This document shows positions 27,148 through 36,459 of a stretch of DNA of 64,000 nt, in pieces (positions within the stretch are counted from its first letter, which is position 1; every line of letters starts with the position of its first letter). The position numbers were made by a program, and so were the translations under genes. The notes under the pieces were generated by a model. The model was not told the DNA's origin, did not search any database, and saw only the letters and a program-made list of their open reading frames with translations. The stretch spans positions 2,403 through 66,402 of the forward strand of contig SFFV01000010.1 of the NCBI GenBank assembly GCA_004557735.1, read 5' to 3'. The DNA is from Clostridiales bacterium. Lineage in GTDB: Bacteria; Bacillota; Clostridia; Oscillospirales; Oscillospiraceae.

Positions 27148-27819
27148 ATGATATATTGTGTGGAGGACGACGCCAGCATCCGCGAACTGGTGCTTTATAC
27201 GCTGCGCGCATCCGGCTTTGAGGCGCGGGGCTTTGCCGGGAGCGGCGCTTTCTGGGAGGCGATGTGCGAACATACGCCGGATCTTGTACTGCTTGACATC
27301 ATGCTCCCCGGCGAGGACGGTCTGGAAATACTGAAAAAGCTGCGCTCCTCTCCGATCACGGAGCAGCTTCCCGTCATTCTTGCGACGGCCCGCGGCAGCG
27401 AGTACGACAAGGTCGTCGGGCTGGACACCGGCGCGGACGACTATCTCGCCAAGCCCTTCGGCATGATGGAAATGGTCTCGCGCATCCGCGCGGTGCTGCG
27501 CCGCACGGCGCGGCAGCCGTCCGGCGTTCTCTCCTGCGGCGGCGTCACGCTCGACGAGGGCCGCCATACCGTCACGGTGAACGGCCGCCCCGTTTCGCTC
27601 ACGCTCAAGGAGTACGAGCTTTTGAAGCTGTTTCTCGAAAATATCGGGCAGGTGTTCTCGCGCGAAGCGCTTCTCGCACGCGTGTGGGACGCCGATTACG
27701 TCGGGGAGACGCGCACCGTGGATGTGCACGTCGGAACGCTGCGCACAAAGCTTGCCGAATGCGGCGGGCTGATCGAAACGGTGCGCGGCGTCGGTTATAA
27801 AATGGAGGGCGCGAAATGA
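27148..27819 (+). CDS. phoP: OmpR-family response regulator, PhoP/PhoB-like
   Basis: ORF 27118..27819 trimmed to ATG 27148. Receiver domain (DLVLLDIMLPGEDG) plus winged-helix output (LTLKEYELLKLF, RTVDVHV..LR.K). The Pho assignment rests on the partner kinase and the Pho-box-like repeats. Confidence 0.75.
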   Translation: MIYCVEDDASIRELVLYTLRASGFEARGFAGSGAFWEAMCEHTPDLVLLDIMLPGEDGLEILKKLRSSPITEQLPVILATARGSEYDKVVGLDTGADDYLAKPFGMMEMVSRIRAVLRRTARQPSGVLSCGGVTLDEGRHTVTVNGRPVSLTLKEYELLKLFLENIGQVFSREALLARVWDADYVGETRTVDVHVGTLRTKLAECGGLIETVRGVGYKMEGAK

Positions 27820-29159
27820 GCCGGAAAATCTTCACCGCTATCTGGGGCGCGGCGCTCGCGGTGTTTCTCGCGTCGCTCGTCTTTATCATGGGCATATCGT
27901 ATAACTACTTTACCGGCGTGCAGATGAAGCAGCTGCACGCGGAAACGGCGCTCGCCGCGCAGGGCGTGTCGCTCTGCGGCAAGGACTACTTTACCGGCCT
28001 TTCGACCGGCGATTACCGCGTCACCTGGGTCGGCGCGGACGGCACGGTGCTCTTCGACACCGAGGCGGACGCCTCGCGGATGGAAAACCATCTTGAACGC
28101 GAGGAGATCCGGGAGGCGCTCGAGACCGGCACGGGCGAGGCGCGCCGCTACTCCCCGACGCTCGCCGACCGCCAGCTTTACGCCGCGCAGCGGCTGCCGG
28201 ACGGGACGGTGCTCCGTCTCTCGGTCGTGCAGCTCGCGCTCTGGTCGCTCGTGCTCGGGTTCGCGCAGCCGATCTGCCTTGTGGCGCTGCTTGCGCTCGT
28301 GCTCTCGTTCCTGCTCGCCTCGCGGCTGACAAAAAAGATCGTCGCGCCCATCAACGCCATTGACCCGGACAACCCGATGAAGTATTATGAAAGGGACGAG
28401 TACCGCGAGGTCGAGCCGCTTCTGCGGCGCATTGCCGCGCAGCAGGCGCAGCTCCGGCGCGACCGCGCCGAGATCGAGCGCGCCTCGCTCATCCGGCAGG
28501 AGTTCACGGCGAATGTTTCCCACGAGCTGAAAACGCCGCTGCACGCCATCTCCGGATATGCGGAGCTGCTCGAAAGCGGTCTCGCGAAGCCGGAGGACGT
28601 CAAGCCCTTCGCCGGAAAGATCCGCGCCGAATCCGGCCGCATGACGAAGCTCGTCGAGGATATCATCGATCTCACCCGGCTCGACGCGGGCGGCGAGGAC
28701 TATGTGTTTGAGTCCTGCGATCTTCTCCGCATCGCGGAAAACGCCGTGGACAGCCTGGAAACGGAGGCCGCGGGCGCCAGCGTGACGCTCGCGCTCAAGG
28801 GTGTGAGCGCGCCGATGCAGGGCGTGCCGCAGCTTCTCCACAGCATCGTTTACAATCTCTGCGACAACGCCATCAAGTACAACCGCCCCGGCGGGCGCGT
28901 CGATATCACCGTCACGCCGGAGGACGGCGCCGTCGTTCTCACCGTGAGCGACACCGGCGTCGGCATCCCGAAGGACAGCCAGAGCCGCATTTTCGAGCGG
29001 TTTTACCGCGTGGACAAGAGCCGCTCCAAGGCCGTCGGCGGCACGGGGCTTGGACTGTCCATCGTAAAGCACGCCGCGCTCATCCAGAAGGCGGACATGC
29101 GCGTCGAGAGCGAGCCGGGCGAAGGCTCAACATTTACCGTGACGTTCCCGGAAAAATAA
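27816..29159 (+). CDS. phoR: sensor histidine kinase, PhoR-like
   Basis: 447 aa with two N-terminal TM segments, H-box FTANVSHELKTPLHAISGY, N box NAIKYN and G box DTGVGIP...GGTGLGLSIV. Overlaps the regulator gene by 4 nt. Confidence 0.7.
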   Translation: MSRKIFTAIWGAALAVFLASLVFIMGISYNYFTGVQMKQLHAETALAAQGVSLCGKDYFTGLSTGDYRVTWVGADGTVLFDTEADASRMENHLEREEIREALETGTGEARRYSPTLADRQLYAAQRLPDGTVLRLSVVQLALWSLVLGFAQPICLVALLALVLSFLLASRLTKKIVAPINAIDPDNPMKYYERDEYREVEPLLRRIAAQQAQLRRDRAEIERASLIRQEFTANVSHELKTPLHAISGYAELLESGLAKPEDVKPFAGKIRAESGRMTKLVEDIIDLTRLDAGGEDYVFESCDLLRIAENAVDSLETEAAGASVTLALKGVSAPMQGVPQLLHSIVYNLCDNAIKYNRPGGRVDITVTPEDGAVVLTVSDTGVGIPKDSQSRIFERFYRVDKSRSKAVGGTGLGLSIVKHAALIQKADMRVESEPGEGSTFTVTFPEK

Positions 29160-29239
29160 AAGGCAGCGCCGTCCGAAGCCCGCTCACCGCGGGTTTTCGG
29201 CGTATTGCGCCGTAAGATCTGATAACAAGGAGGAATAGT

Positions 29240-30037
29240 ATGCTCAATTTTAACGACAAAAAAGGCTTTATCTGCGATATGGACGGCGTGATCTATCACG
29301 GCAACAAAATTCTCCCCGGCGTGCCGGAGTTTATCGACTGGCTGCAGCGCACCGGCAAGGAATATCTCTTTCTAACGAACAACAGCGGCTGTACGCCGCT
29401 CGAGCTGAAGCAAAAGCTCGCGCGCATGGGACTGGACGTGCCCGAGGCGCGGTTTTATACGAGCGCGCTCGCGACGGCGGCGTTCATCCGCGACCAGTCG
29501 CCGGGCTGCTCGGCTTACGTCATCGGCGAGGCGGGCCTTCTGAACGCCCTCTATGACGCGGGCATCACGATGAACGACGTGAACCCCGACTATGTGATCG
29601 TCGGCGAGGGGCGGAACTACTCTCTCGACTCGCTCACGAAAGCGACGAATCTTGTTCTTGCGGGCGCAAAGCTCATCGGCGCGAACTCCGACCTCTCGGG
29701 TCCCATCGAAAAAGGCATCGCCCCGGCGTGCCGCGCGCTCATCGCGCCCATCGAGATGGCCACCGGCAAGCAGGCATACTTCTGCGGCAAGCCGAACCCG
29801 CTGATGATGCGCACCGGACTCAAGCGTCTCGGCTGCCACAGCGCCGAGGCCGTCATGGTCGGCGACCGGATGGACACGGACGTTATCTCCGGCATGGAAT
29901 GCGGCATGTCCACCGTGCTCGTCCTCTCCGGCATCTCCACGGAGGCGACGCTCGACGAATACGCCTACCGTCCCAGCGCGGTGCTCGACGGCGTCGGCGA
30001 CATCGTCACCCTGGCCGAAGCCCAGCGCGCGGAATAA
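29240..30037 (+). CDS. HAD-IIA family sugar-phosphate phosphatase (NagD-like)
   Basis: 265 aa with DMDGVIY (nucleophile motif), LTNNS, GKP and GDRMDTD. Confidence 0.8.
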   Translation: MLNFNDKKGFICDMDGVIYHGNKILPGVPEFIDWLQRTGKEYLFLTNNSGCTPLELKQKLARMGLDVPEARFYTSALATAAFIRDQSPGCSAYVIGEAGLLNALYDAGITMNDVNPDYVIVGEGRNYSLDSLTKATNLVLAGAKLIGANSDLSGPIEKGIAPACRALIAPIEMATGKQAYFCGKPNPLMMRTGLKRLGCHSAEAVMVGDRMDTDVISGMECGMSTVLVLSGISTEATLDEYAYRPSAVLDGVGDIVTLAEAQRAE

Positions 30038-30038
30038 G

Positions 30039-30062
30039 GCCTCCCTTTGGGGAGGCTTTTTT
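30039..30062 (+). terminator. rho-independent terminator
   Basis: Stem GCCTCCC / GGGAGGC followed by TTTTTT. Confidence 0.65.
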
Positions 30063-30126
30063 CCTCCCGGTCTTTTAAGACTTTTCTTAATATTTTCCGA
30101 TACACTCTGCTCCGGGGTGATTTGCC

Positions 30127-30798
30127 ATGCGAATTTTGGTCGCTGAGGACGAAAAGAATCTTAACCGCATTCTGACCGAGGCTCTGACCGACGAGGGATA
30201 CAGCGTCGATCCCTGCTTTGACGGGCAGGAGGCGTGGGATGCGCTCGCGTGCGCGGAATACGACGTGCTCGTGCTCGATATCATGATGCCGCGCATGGAC
30301 GGGCTGACGCTCGTGCGCGCTCTGCGCGAGAGCGGCAAAAACACGCCCGTGCTGTTCCTCACGTCGCGCGACAGCGTCGAGGACAAGGTCGAGGGGCTGG
30401 AGACCGGCGCGGACTACTATCTCGTAAAGCCGTTCCACATGCAGGAGCTGCTCGCGGTCGTGCGCGTGATGGCGCGCAAATATACCGACACGCGCACGAA
30501 CGTTTATACGATCGCCGATCTCTCCGTGGACGTGCGCGCGCACACGGCCGTCCGTGCCGGGCGCGTCATTGACCTGACGGGCCGCGAATACGCCCTGCTT
30601 GAATACATGATCCGGAATAAAGGGGTCGTGCTCTCGCGCGAGCGCATTGAAAACAATCTCTGGAACTACGACTACGAGGGCGGCACGAACGTCGTGGACG
30701 TGTACGTCGGGTACCTGCGCAAAAAGATCGACGCCGGATTTTCCAAAAAACTCATCCACACCGTGTGGGGCACGGGCTGGGTGCTGCGGGAGGATTGA
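30127..30798 (+). CDS. OmpR-family response regulator
   Basis: 223 aa with MRILVAEDE, DVLVLDIMMPRMDG, and winged-helix LTGREYALLEYM...NVVDVYVGYLRKK. Confidence 0.85.
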   Translation: MRILVAEDEKNLNRILTEALTDEGYSVDPCFDGQEAWDALACAEYDVLVLDIMMPRMDGLTLVRALRESGKNTPVLFLTSRDSVEDKVEGLETGADYYLVKPFHMQELLAVVRVMARKYTDTRTNVYTIADLSVDVRAHTAVRAGRVIDLTGREYALLEYMIRNKGVVLSRERIENNLWNYDYEGGTNVVDVYVGYLRKKIDAGFSKKLIHTVWGTGWVLRED

Positions 30799-30800
30799 AT

Positions 30801-32141
30801 ATGTCGGCAAAATGGCGGATGGTCCTCTGGTTCACGCTGATGATGCTCCTGCTCGCGGCGGTCACGCTCACGTTTGTGCTGGTCATGAACGGCTCGGTGA
30901 TCGCCGATCCCGCTTCCCGGCTGGTAAAAACCGTAGCGGACTGCGCCGATGCCGTGGAATTTGACCACGGCGTATTCGAATGGGACGAGATGAAGGAGTA
31001 CACGCGCGGCGTATACTGCACCTATTACGACGCGGAGGGGACGTATCTCCGCGGCGCCGTGCCGTTTGCGGAGCCGCTGGAGCTGCCGCTGCAAACCGGC
31101 TCGGTGCGGCCGGTCACTGCCGGCGGAAAAGACTGGCTCGTGTACGATTCCCATGTTGATATGTCGATCACGGGGTTCTGGGTACGCGGCGTGATCTCTG
31201 CGGACGCCGCGGCGGGGCCGGGGCGCGTCATATTGCCGCTTGCCTGGTCGCTGCTGCCGGTTTTGCTGCTGCTCTCGGTCGGCGGCGGGTGGCTCATCGC
31301 GCGGGATTCGTTCCTCCCGCTCGAGCGCATCACCGAGGCTGCCGGCAGCATATCCGACGGCGACGATCTCTCCGCCCGGCTCGATCTCCGGCGCGGCCCG
31401 CGGGAGATGCGGCGGCTCGCCCACACGTTTGACGGCATGTTCGCCCGGCTCGAAACATCGTTCCTCTCCAAAAAGCAGTTCACCGCCGACGCCTCGCACG
31501 AGCTGCGCACGCCGGTGGCGGTGATCCTCGCCGAGTGCGACCGCGCGAAGCGCAAGGCGGAAACGAGAGAGGACTTTCTCGCCTCCATCGGCGTGATCGA
31601 GCAGCAGGGCAGCAAAATGAACGAGCTGATCGAGCAGCTCCTCTCGCTCACACGCATTCAGCAGGGGACGGAAAAATACCCGCTGCGCGTGTGCGATCTC
31701 TCCGGCTTTGTGGACGCCTGCTGCGACGAGTTCGTCCCCGCCGACGAGCGGGGCGTCACGCTTGCGACCGACATCGCGCCCGGCATCCGGGCCGCATATA
31801 ACCCCTCGCTCCTCTCGCGGGTGATGTTCAATCTGCTGCAGAACGCCTACAAATACGGCGCGGAAAACGGCCGCATCCTTGTTTCCCTCTTCCGCGAAAA
31901 CGGCTGCGCCGTGATCTCCGTAAAAGACGACGGCCCCGGCATCCCCAAGGCGGAGCAGGAAAAAATCTGGCAGCGGTTTTACCGGTGCGACAGCGCCCGC
32001 GCCGAGGGCGGCACGGGTCTCGGTCTCTCGCTCGTGCGGGAGATCGCCCTTGTCCACCATGCCCGCGCCGAGGTCGTCAGCGAGCCGGGGCAGGGCAGCG
32101 ATTTCCGCTTCGTGCTCCCGCCGGTCGATCCCGCGCAATAA
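30801..32141 (+). CDS. sensor histidine kinase (partner of the 30127 regulator)
   Basis: ORF 30765..32141 trimmed to ATG 30801. Has 2 TM segments, a HAMP-like region, H-box FTADASHELRTPVAV, NAYKYG and GGTGLGLSLV. Confidence 0.8.
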   Translation: MSAKWRMVLWFTLMMLLLAAVTLTFVLVMNGSVIADPASRLVKTVADCADAVEFDHGVFEWDEMKEYTRGVYCTYYDAEGTYLRGAVPFAEPLELPLQTGSVRPVTAGGKDWLVYDSHVDMSITGFWVRGVISADAAAGPGRVILPLAWSLLPVLLLLSVGGGWLIARDSFLPLERITEAAGSISDGDDLSARLDLRRGPREMRRLAHTFDGMFARLETSFLSKKQFTADASHELRTPVAVILAECDRAKRKAETREDFLASIGVIEQQGSKMNELIEQLLSLTRIQQGTEKYPLRVCDLSGFVDACCDEFVPADERGVTLATDIAPGIRAAYNPSLLSRVMFNLLQNAYKYGAENGRILVSLFRENGCAVISVKDDGPGIPKAEQEKIWQRFYRCDSARAEGGTGLGLSLVREIALVHHARAEVVSEPGQGSDFRFVLPPVDPAQ

Positions 32142-32263
32142 AAAAGTTATCGGTTTTTTCTTCCTTTTCATTTTTCTCTTAGATTTCCTTTGTAAACTGC
32201 AGTCAGAATGAAAAAAGCCCCGGTCCCGAGGACAAGGGAGTATTTACAAAGGAGATCGAAATT

Positions 32264-32491
32264 ATGAAAAACAACGTTTACGGACGGAATCTGACCGCCG
32301 CCGCCGCGCTGAGCGAGGCTGCCCGCAGCGCGGGTGTGAACGAGAGCGAGATCACCGGCGAAGAGATCACGCTCGACAACGGCTACTACGAAGTCCGCTT
32401 CACCAGCAACTGGCTGCAGTACGACTGCTACGTGGACGCCGCCACCGGCGATGTTCCCGGCATATCCGCCGCGCCCCTTCCCGCGGCCTGA
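32264..32491 (+). CDS. small PepSY-like domain protein
   Basis: 75 aa. ...ITLDNGYYEVRF....YDCYVDAATGDV resembles the PepSY beta-sheet signature. RBS AAAGGAG present. Confidence 0.5.
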   Translation: MKNNVYGRNLTAAAALSEAARSAGVNESEITGEEITLDNGYYEVRFTSNWLQYDCYVDAATGDVPGISAAPLPAA

Positions 32492-32510
32492 CGGTCCCGG
32501 AAAAGACAGC

Positions 32511-32545
32511 AAACCGGCGCTCTCCCTTCCGGGAGGCGCCGGTTT
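32511..32545. terminator. bidirectional terminator between the PepSY-like gene and the convergent MATE gene
   Basis: Stem AAACCGGCGC(T)CTCCC / GGGAGGCGCCGGTTT flanked by A and T runs. Confidence 0.65.
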
Positions 32546-32563
32546 ATTGATGGGAACATCCGA

Positions 32564-33925
32564 TCAGGCGGCGGCAGCTTTTGCTTCGAGCGTCGCCCTG
32601 AACGGCTTTTTGCGGATGATGAAATAGCACACGATGTGCGCCGCCGTGGAGAGGATCCAAGAGATCGGATAGGACACATACAGGCTCTCGAGCGTGCCGA
32701 CGCCCGCAAACACCGTATACACCCAGAGGATACGGAACACGCACGCGCCGACGAACGTCACCGCCGCGGAGAGCATGCTGTAACCGAGACCGCGGTTCAC
32801 GCCGGACATGGCCGCCATCGTCCCGTCGAGCGAGTAGGTCGTGCAGACGATCATCATGCGGATAAACGCCGCCTGCAGCTCCGTTTCGCCCGAGGTATAG
32901 AGCCCCAGCACCTGCCGCCGGAACACGACCACGGGCACCGTCAGTACGCCGGTCAAGATCACGACGAGCGCCATGGACCACCGGGCGACGGCGCGCGAGC
33001 GCTCATACTCCTGCGCGCCGACGTTCTGGCTCACGGCGGTGGTGGCGGCCTGCATCACGGCGTCCGACGGGCAGTAGAGCAGGCCCTCGACGCTCACGCA
33101 CGCGCTGTTGCCGGCGATGACCGCCGCGCCGAACGAGTTGACCGAGGCCTGAATGATGAAGTTGGAAATGGAGAAGAGCGAGCCCTGGATACCGGCGGGA
33201 ATGCCGATCTTCATCATTTTCCGGAACACACGGCCGGAGAAACGCAGCTCCTTAAGGCGCATCTCCTGCGAGCGCAGGAGACAGCGCACCGTGAGGAAGC
33301 CGGACACGCACAGGCTGAGCACCGTGGCCAGGGCGACGCCCGCAACGTCGATGCCGACGACGAGCACGAAGAAGAGATTCATCATCACGTTCAGCACGCC
33401 GGCAACGGCGAGATAGATGAGCGGCTGGCGCGTGTTGCCGAGCGCGCGCAGCGCCGCGGCGGAGAAGTTATACAGCGCCATGACCGGCAGGCCGAGGAAG
33501 TAGATGCGCAGATACACCGCGGCGAGCGGCAGCACCTCGTCCGGGCTGCCGACAAGCCGCAGCAGCGGCACCGTGAGCACAAGGCCGATCACGCCGGTGA
33601 TCACGCCGCCGACCACGCCGGTGATGAGCGTTGTGGCCACGGCGCGGCGCAGCTTGTCGGTCTGGTTCGCGCCGTAATACCGCGCGCAGAGCACGCCGCC
33701 GCCCGTGGCAAGACCCATAAGAACATTGATGATCAGATTGATCATCGCGCCGTTCGCGCCGACCGCCGCCATGGAATGCGGCCGCCCGAACCGTCCGACA
33801 ACGATGAGGTCGGCGGCGTTGAACGCGATCTGCAGCATGGTCGAGAGCATCAGCGGCAGGATAAACTGCAAAAGCTCCGGCAGGAGCGGGCCTTTTGTCA
33901 TATTGATCTCAAATCTTTTTTTCAT
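32564..33925 (-). CDS. MATE-family efflux transporter
   Basis: ORF 32564..34060 trimmed to ATG 33923-33925 (GGAGGAGGG upstream). 453 aa, 12 TM, with the typical MATE N-terminus ...LLQFILPLMLSTMLQIAFNAADLIVVGRF. Confidence 0.85.
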   Translation of the reverse strand: MKKRFEINMTKGPLLPELLQFILPLMLSTMLQIAFNAADLIVVGRFGRPHSMAAVGANGAMINLIINVLMGLATGGGVLCARYYGANQTDKLRRAVATTLITGVVGGVITGVIGLVLTVPLLRLVGSPDEVLPLAAVYLRIYFLGLPVMALYNFSAAALRALGNTRQPLIYLAVAGVLNVMMNLFFVLVVGIDVAGVALATVLSLCVSGFLTVRCLLRSQEMRLKELRFSGRVFRKMMKIGIPAGIQGSLFSISNFIIQASVNSFGAAVIAGNSACVSVEGLLYCPSDAVMQAATTAVSQNVGAQEYERSRAVARWSMALVVILTGVLTVPVVVFRRQVLGLYTSGETELQAAFIRMMIVCTTYSLDGTMAAMSGVNRGLGYSMLSAAVTFVGACVFRILWVYTVFAGVGTLESLYVSYPISWILSTAAHIVCYFIIRKKPFRATLEAKAAAA

Positions 33926-34140
33926 TTGCCCTCCTCCGTGCAAACAACCATATAAATAGGCAGCACCTGTAGAATGACCGTATAACAGAAAGAACACGAA
34001 AAAAATCCGAAAATTTTCTCCGTGTCCGCCTATACTATTCTCAGTTTGCAAAAAATTCAAGTACCTTCGGAAAATTATCCGTTCTGGATAGAAAGCGGCG
34101 GGTTTTCCCGCTGCTTTCTATCCATTTTGCTGTGTGAGCG

Positions 34141-34821
34141 TCAGTCGGATTTCGCCGGAAGATACGGGATGAGCGCGCTCGCAAAAGCGGGCAGCGCCAT
34201 CGTCTGCAATACGACGCGCCCCGGTCCGGTGACGACGGTATTGAAAAGTCCCTCGCCGCCGAAGAGGATGTTTTTCGCGCCGCGGACGGTCTGGACGTCG
34301 ATCCGACAGGTGGCGTCCATCATGGCGAGATTGCCGGTGTCCACAACGATCTGCTGTCCCGGCGCGAGCGTGTACTCGACCGCCGAGCCGTCGATCTCGA
34401 GGAACGCCATGCCGCGGCCGGACAGCCTCTGCATGATGAAGCCCTCGCCGCCGAAGAAACCGGCGCCGGCCTTTTTCTGGAAGTGGACGGACAGCTCCAC
34501 GCCCGGCGTTGCGGCAAGAAACGCGCTCTTCTGCGCGATGACGGGCATATCCGGCGTGATCTCCACGGCGCGGATGGCGCCCGGGAAGCTCGAAGCAAAG
34601 GCGATCATGCCGGGGCCGCTCTCGGCGGTATAGGTGTTCTGGAAAAGGCTCTCGCCGCCGAACATCCGGCCGAGCGCCTTGCCAAGCCCGCCGGCTCCGG
34701 TCTCCATGCGCATGTTGGCGCTCATCCAGACCATCGAGCCGCGCTCGGTGATCATGCTCTCGCCCGGTTCCAGATGGCAGATGACAACGGGCATCGGCTC
34801 GCCCTGAATGTTGTATTTCAT
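34141..34821 (-). CDS. TIGR00266 / AIM24-family protein
   Basis: 226 aa with ...GESLFQNTY..., GGEGFIMQRLSG.G and LFGGEGLF...V.GPG.V.LQT, the pattern of this family. Confidence 0.75.
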   Translation of the reverse strand: MKYNIQGEPMPVVICHLEPGESMITERGSMVWMSANMRMETGAGGLGKALGRMFGGESLFQNTYTAESGPGMIAFASSFPGAIRAVEITPDMPVIAQKSAFLAATPGVELSVHFQKKAGAGFFGGEGFIMQRLSGRGMAFLEIDGSAVEYTLAPGQQIVVDTGNLAMMDATCRIDVQTVRGAKNILFGGEGLFNTVVTGPGRVVLQTMALPAFASALIPYLPAKSD

Positions 34822-34847
34822 GCTGTTTCCTCCTTATGCTTTTAAGC

Positions 34848-34878
34848 AAAGCGGCGAAGGGATCCCCTCGCCGCTTTT
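34848..34878 (-). terminator. terminator downstream of asnS
   Basis: Imperfect GC-rich hairpin (AAAGCGGCGA... / ...TCGCCGCTTT) with a T-rich tract after it on the minus strand. Confidence 0.5.
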
Positions 34879-34884
34879 ATCGTT

Positions 34885-36279
34885 TCAGAAGTCGGCGTTG
34901 CCGACGGTGCGCGGATGCAGCTCCACGTCGCGGATGTTGGAAATGCCGGTCAGGTACATGACCATGCGCTCAAAGCCGAGACCGAAGCCGGCGTGGCGGC
35001 AGGAGCCGTAGCGCCGCAGATCGAGATACCACCAGTAATCCTCCTCGTTGAGGCCAAGCTCCTTCATGCGCGCGGTGAGCAGGTCGAGCCGCTCCTCGCG
35101 CTGCGAGCCGCCGATGATCTCGCCGATGCCCGGCACGAGGCAGTCCGCCGCGGCGACGGTTTTCCCGTCGTCGTTCAACCGCATATAGAACGCCTTGATC
35201 TCCTTCGGGTAATCGGTGACGAACACGGGCTTTTTGAAGATCTCCTCGGTGAGATAGCGCTCGTGCTCGGTCTGGAGATCGACGCCCCAGGAAACGGGGT
35301 AGTCGAACGCCTTGCCGGATTTTTGCAGCAGCTCCACGGCCTCGGTATAGGTCACGCGGCCGAACGCGCTGTCGCGCACGTGCTCGAGCCGCCCGCGCAG
35401 ACCCTTATCGACAAATTTCGTGAAGAATTCGATCTCCTGCGGACATTTTTCGAGCACGGCGGAGATGATGTATTTGACCATTTCCTCCATGACGACGAGA
35501 TCGCCGTCCAGATCGCAGAACGCCATTTCCGGCTCGATCATCCAGAACTCGGCGGCATGGCGCTGGGTGTTGGAGTTCTCGGCGCGGAACGTCGGCCCGA
35601 AGGTGTACACGTCGCCGAACGCCATGGCGAAGTTTTCGGCGTTGAGCTGGCCGGATACGGTCAGGCTCGTGCGCTTGCCGAAGAAGTCCTTGGAGTAATC
35701 GACCTTTCCGTCCGGCGTGCGCGGCGGGTTATCGATATCGAGCGTGGTGACCTGGAACATCTCGCCGGCACCCTCGCAGTCGGAGCCGGTGATGATGGGG
35801 GTGTTCACATACACAAAGCCGCGGCTCTGGAAAAACTCATGCACGGCGGCGGCGGCGACGCTGCGCACGCGGAACGCCGCGGAAAAGAGATTCGTGCGCG
35901 GCCGGAGATGCTGGATCGTGCGCAGATACTCGACGCTGTGGCGCTTTTTCTGCAGCGGGTAGTCCGGCGAGGAAACGCCCTCGACCGTGACGGTCTCGGC
36001 CTTGAGCTCGAACGGCTGGGGGGCCTCCGGCGTGAGGACGAGCGTGCCCTCGGCAATGAACGCCGCGCCGACGTTCTGGCGGACGATCTCGTCGTAATTG
36101 GCGACCTTCTCGCGCTCGAGCACGACCTGCAGCCCCTTGAAGGCGCTGCCGTCGTTCAGCTCGAGAAAGCCGAAATTCTTCATATCGCGGATCGTGCGCG
36201 CCCAGCCGCAGACGGTGATGTGCTGAGCGTCAAACGCGGAGGCGTTCGTCCACAGTTCTTTGATCTTGGTTCGTTTCAT
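34885..36279 (-). CDS. asnS: asparaginyl-tRNA synthetase
   Basis: 464 aa with an N-terminal OB fold ([10 protein letters not shown]), class II motifs ([38 protein letters not shown]). Confidence 0.95.
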   Translation of the reverse strand: MKRTKIKELWTNASAFDAQHITVCGWARTIRDMKNFGFLELNDGSAFKGLQVVLEREKVANYDEIVRQNVGAAFIAEGTLVLTPEAPQPFELKAETVTVEGVSSPDYPLQKKRHSVEYLRTIQHLRPRTNLFSAAFRVRSVAAAAVHEFFQSRGFVYVNTPIITGSDCEGAGEMFQVTTLDIDNPPRTPDGKVDYSKDFFGKRTSLTVSGQLNAENFAMAFGDVYTFGPTFRAENSNTQRHAAEFWMIEPEMAFCDLDGDLVVMEEMVKYIISAVLEKCPQEIEFFTKFVDKGLRGRLEHVRDSAFGRVTYTEAVELLQKSGKAFDYPVSWGVDLQTEHERYLTEEIFKKPVFVTDYPKEIKAFYMRLNDDGKTVAAADCLVPGIGEIIGGSQREERLDLLTARMKELGLNEEDYWWYLDLRRYGSCRHAGFGLGFERMVMYLTGISNIRDVELHPRTVGNADF

Positions 36280-36309
36280 ATTTCCTTCCTCCCGGATCGT
36301 CTGCTTTGT

Positions 36310-36338
36310 ATTATAGGCAGGCGATTTGGATTTTTCAA
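36310..36338 (-). promoter_or_regulatory. sigma-A type promoter of asnS
   Basis: The minus strand reads TTGAAA (36338-36333), 17-nt spacer, TATAAT (36315-36310). The leader is only ~30 nt, so no T-box fits. Confidence 0.5.
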
Positions 36339-36371
36339 CTGGAATTGTGCGACCCTCTCAGTCCCCTCCGG

Positions 36372-36397
36372 TGACAGCTCTCCCGGAGGGAGAGCCA
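36372..36397. repeat. REP-like hairpin element (family TGACAGCTC-stem-loop-stem-GAGCCA)
   Basis: TGACAGCTCTCCCGGAGGGAGAGCCA. Same flanks and architecture as the element at 54835-54860. Confidence 0.5.
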
Positions 36398-36459
36398 GGA
36401 GGCGCGGGGGACGCTGATTTCCGCAGCAAGCCGCTTGGCCCGAGCCGGGGCGCGGCGGT

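Noticed and set aside
36280-36459. T-box riboswitch upstream of asnS (and likewise upstream of serS at 6592-6609)
   Set aside because: A near-consensus promoter (TTGAAA-N17-TATAAT) lies only ~30 nt from the asnS start. No T-box sequence (AANNNGGGTGGTACCGCG-like) is present, and the serS spacer is only 18 nt.
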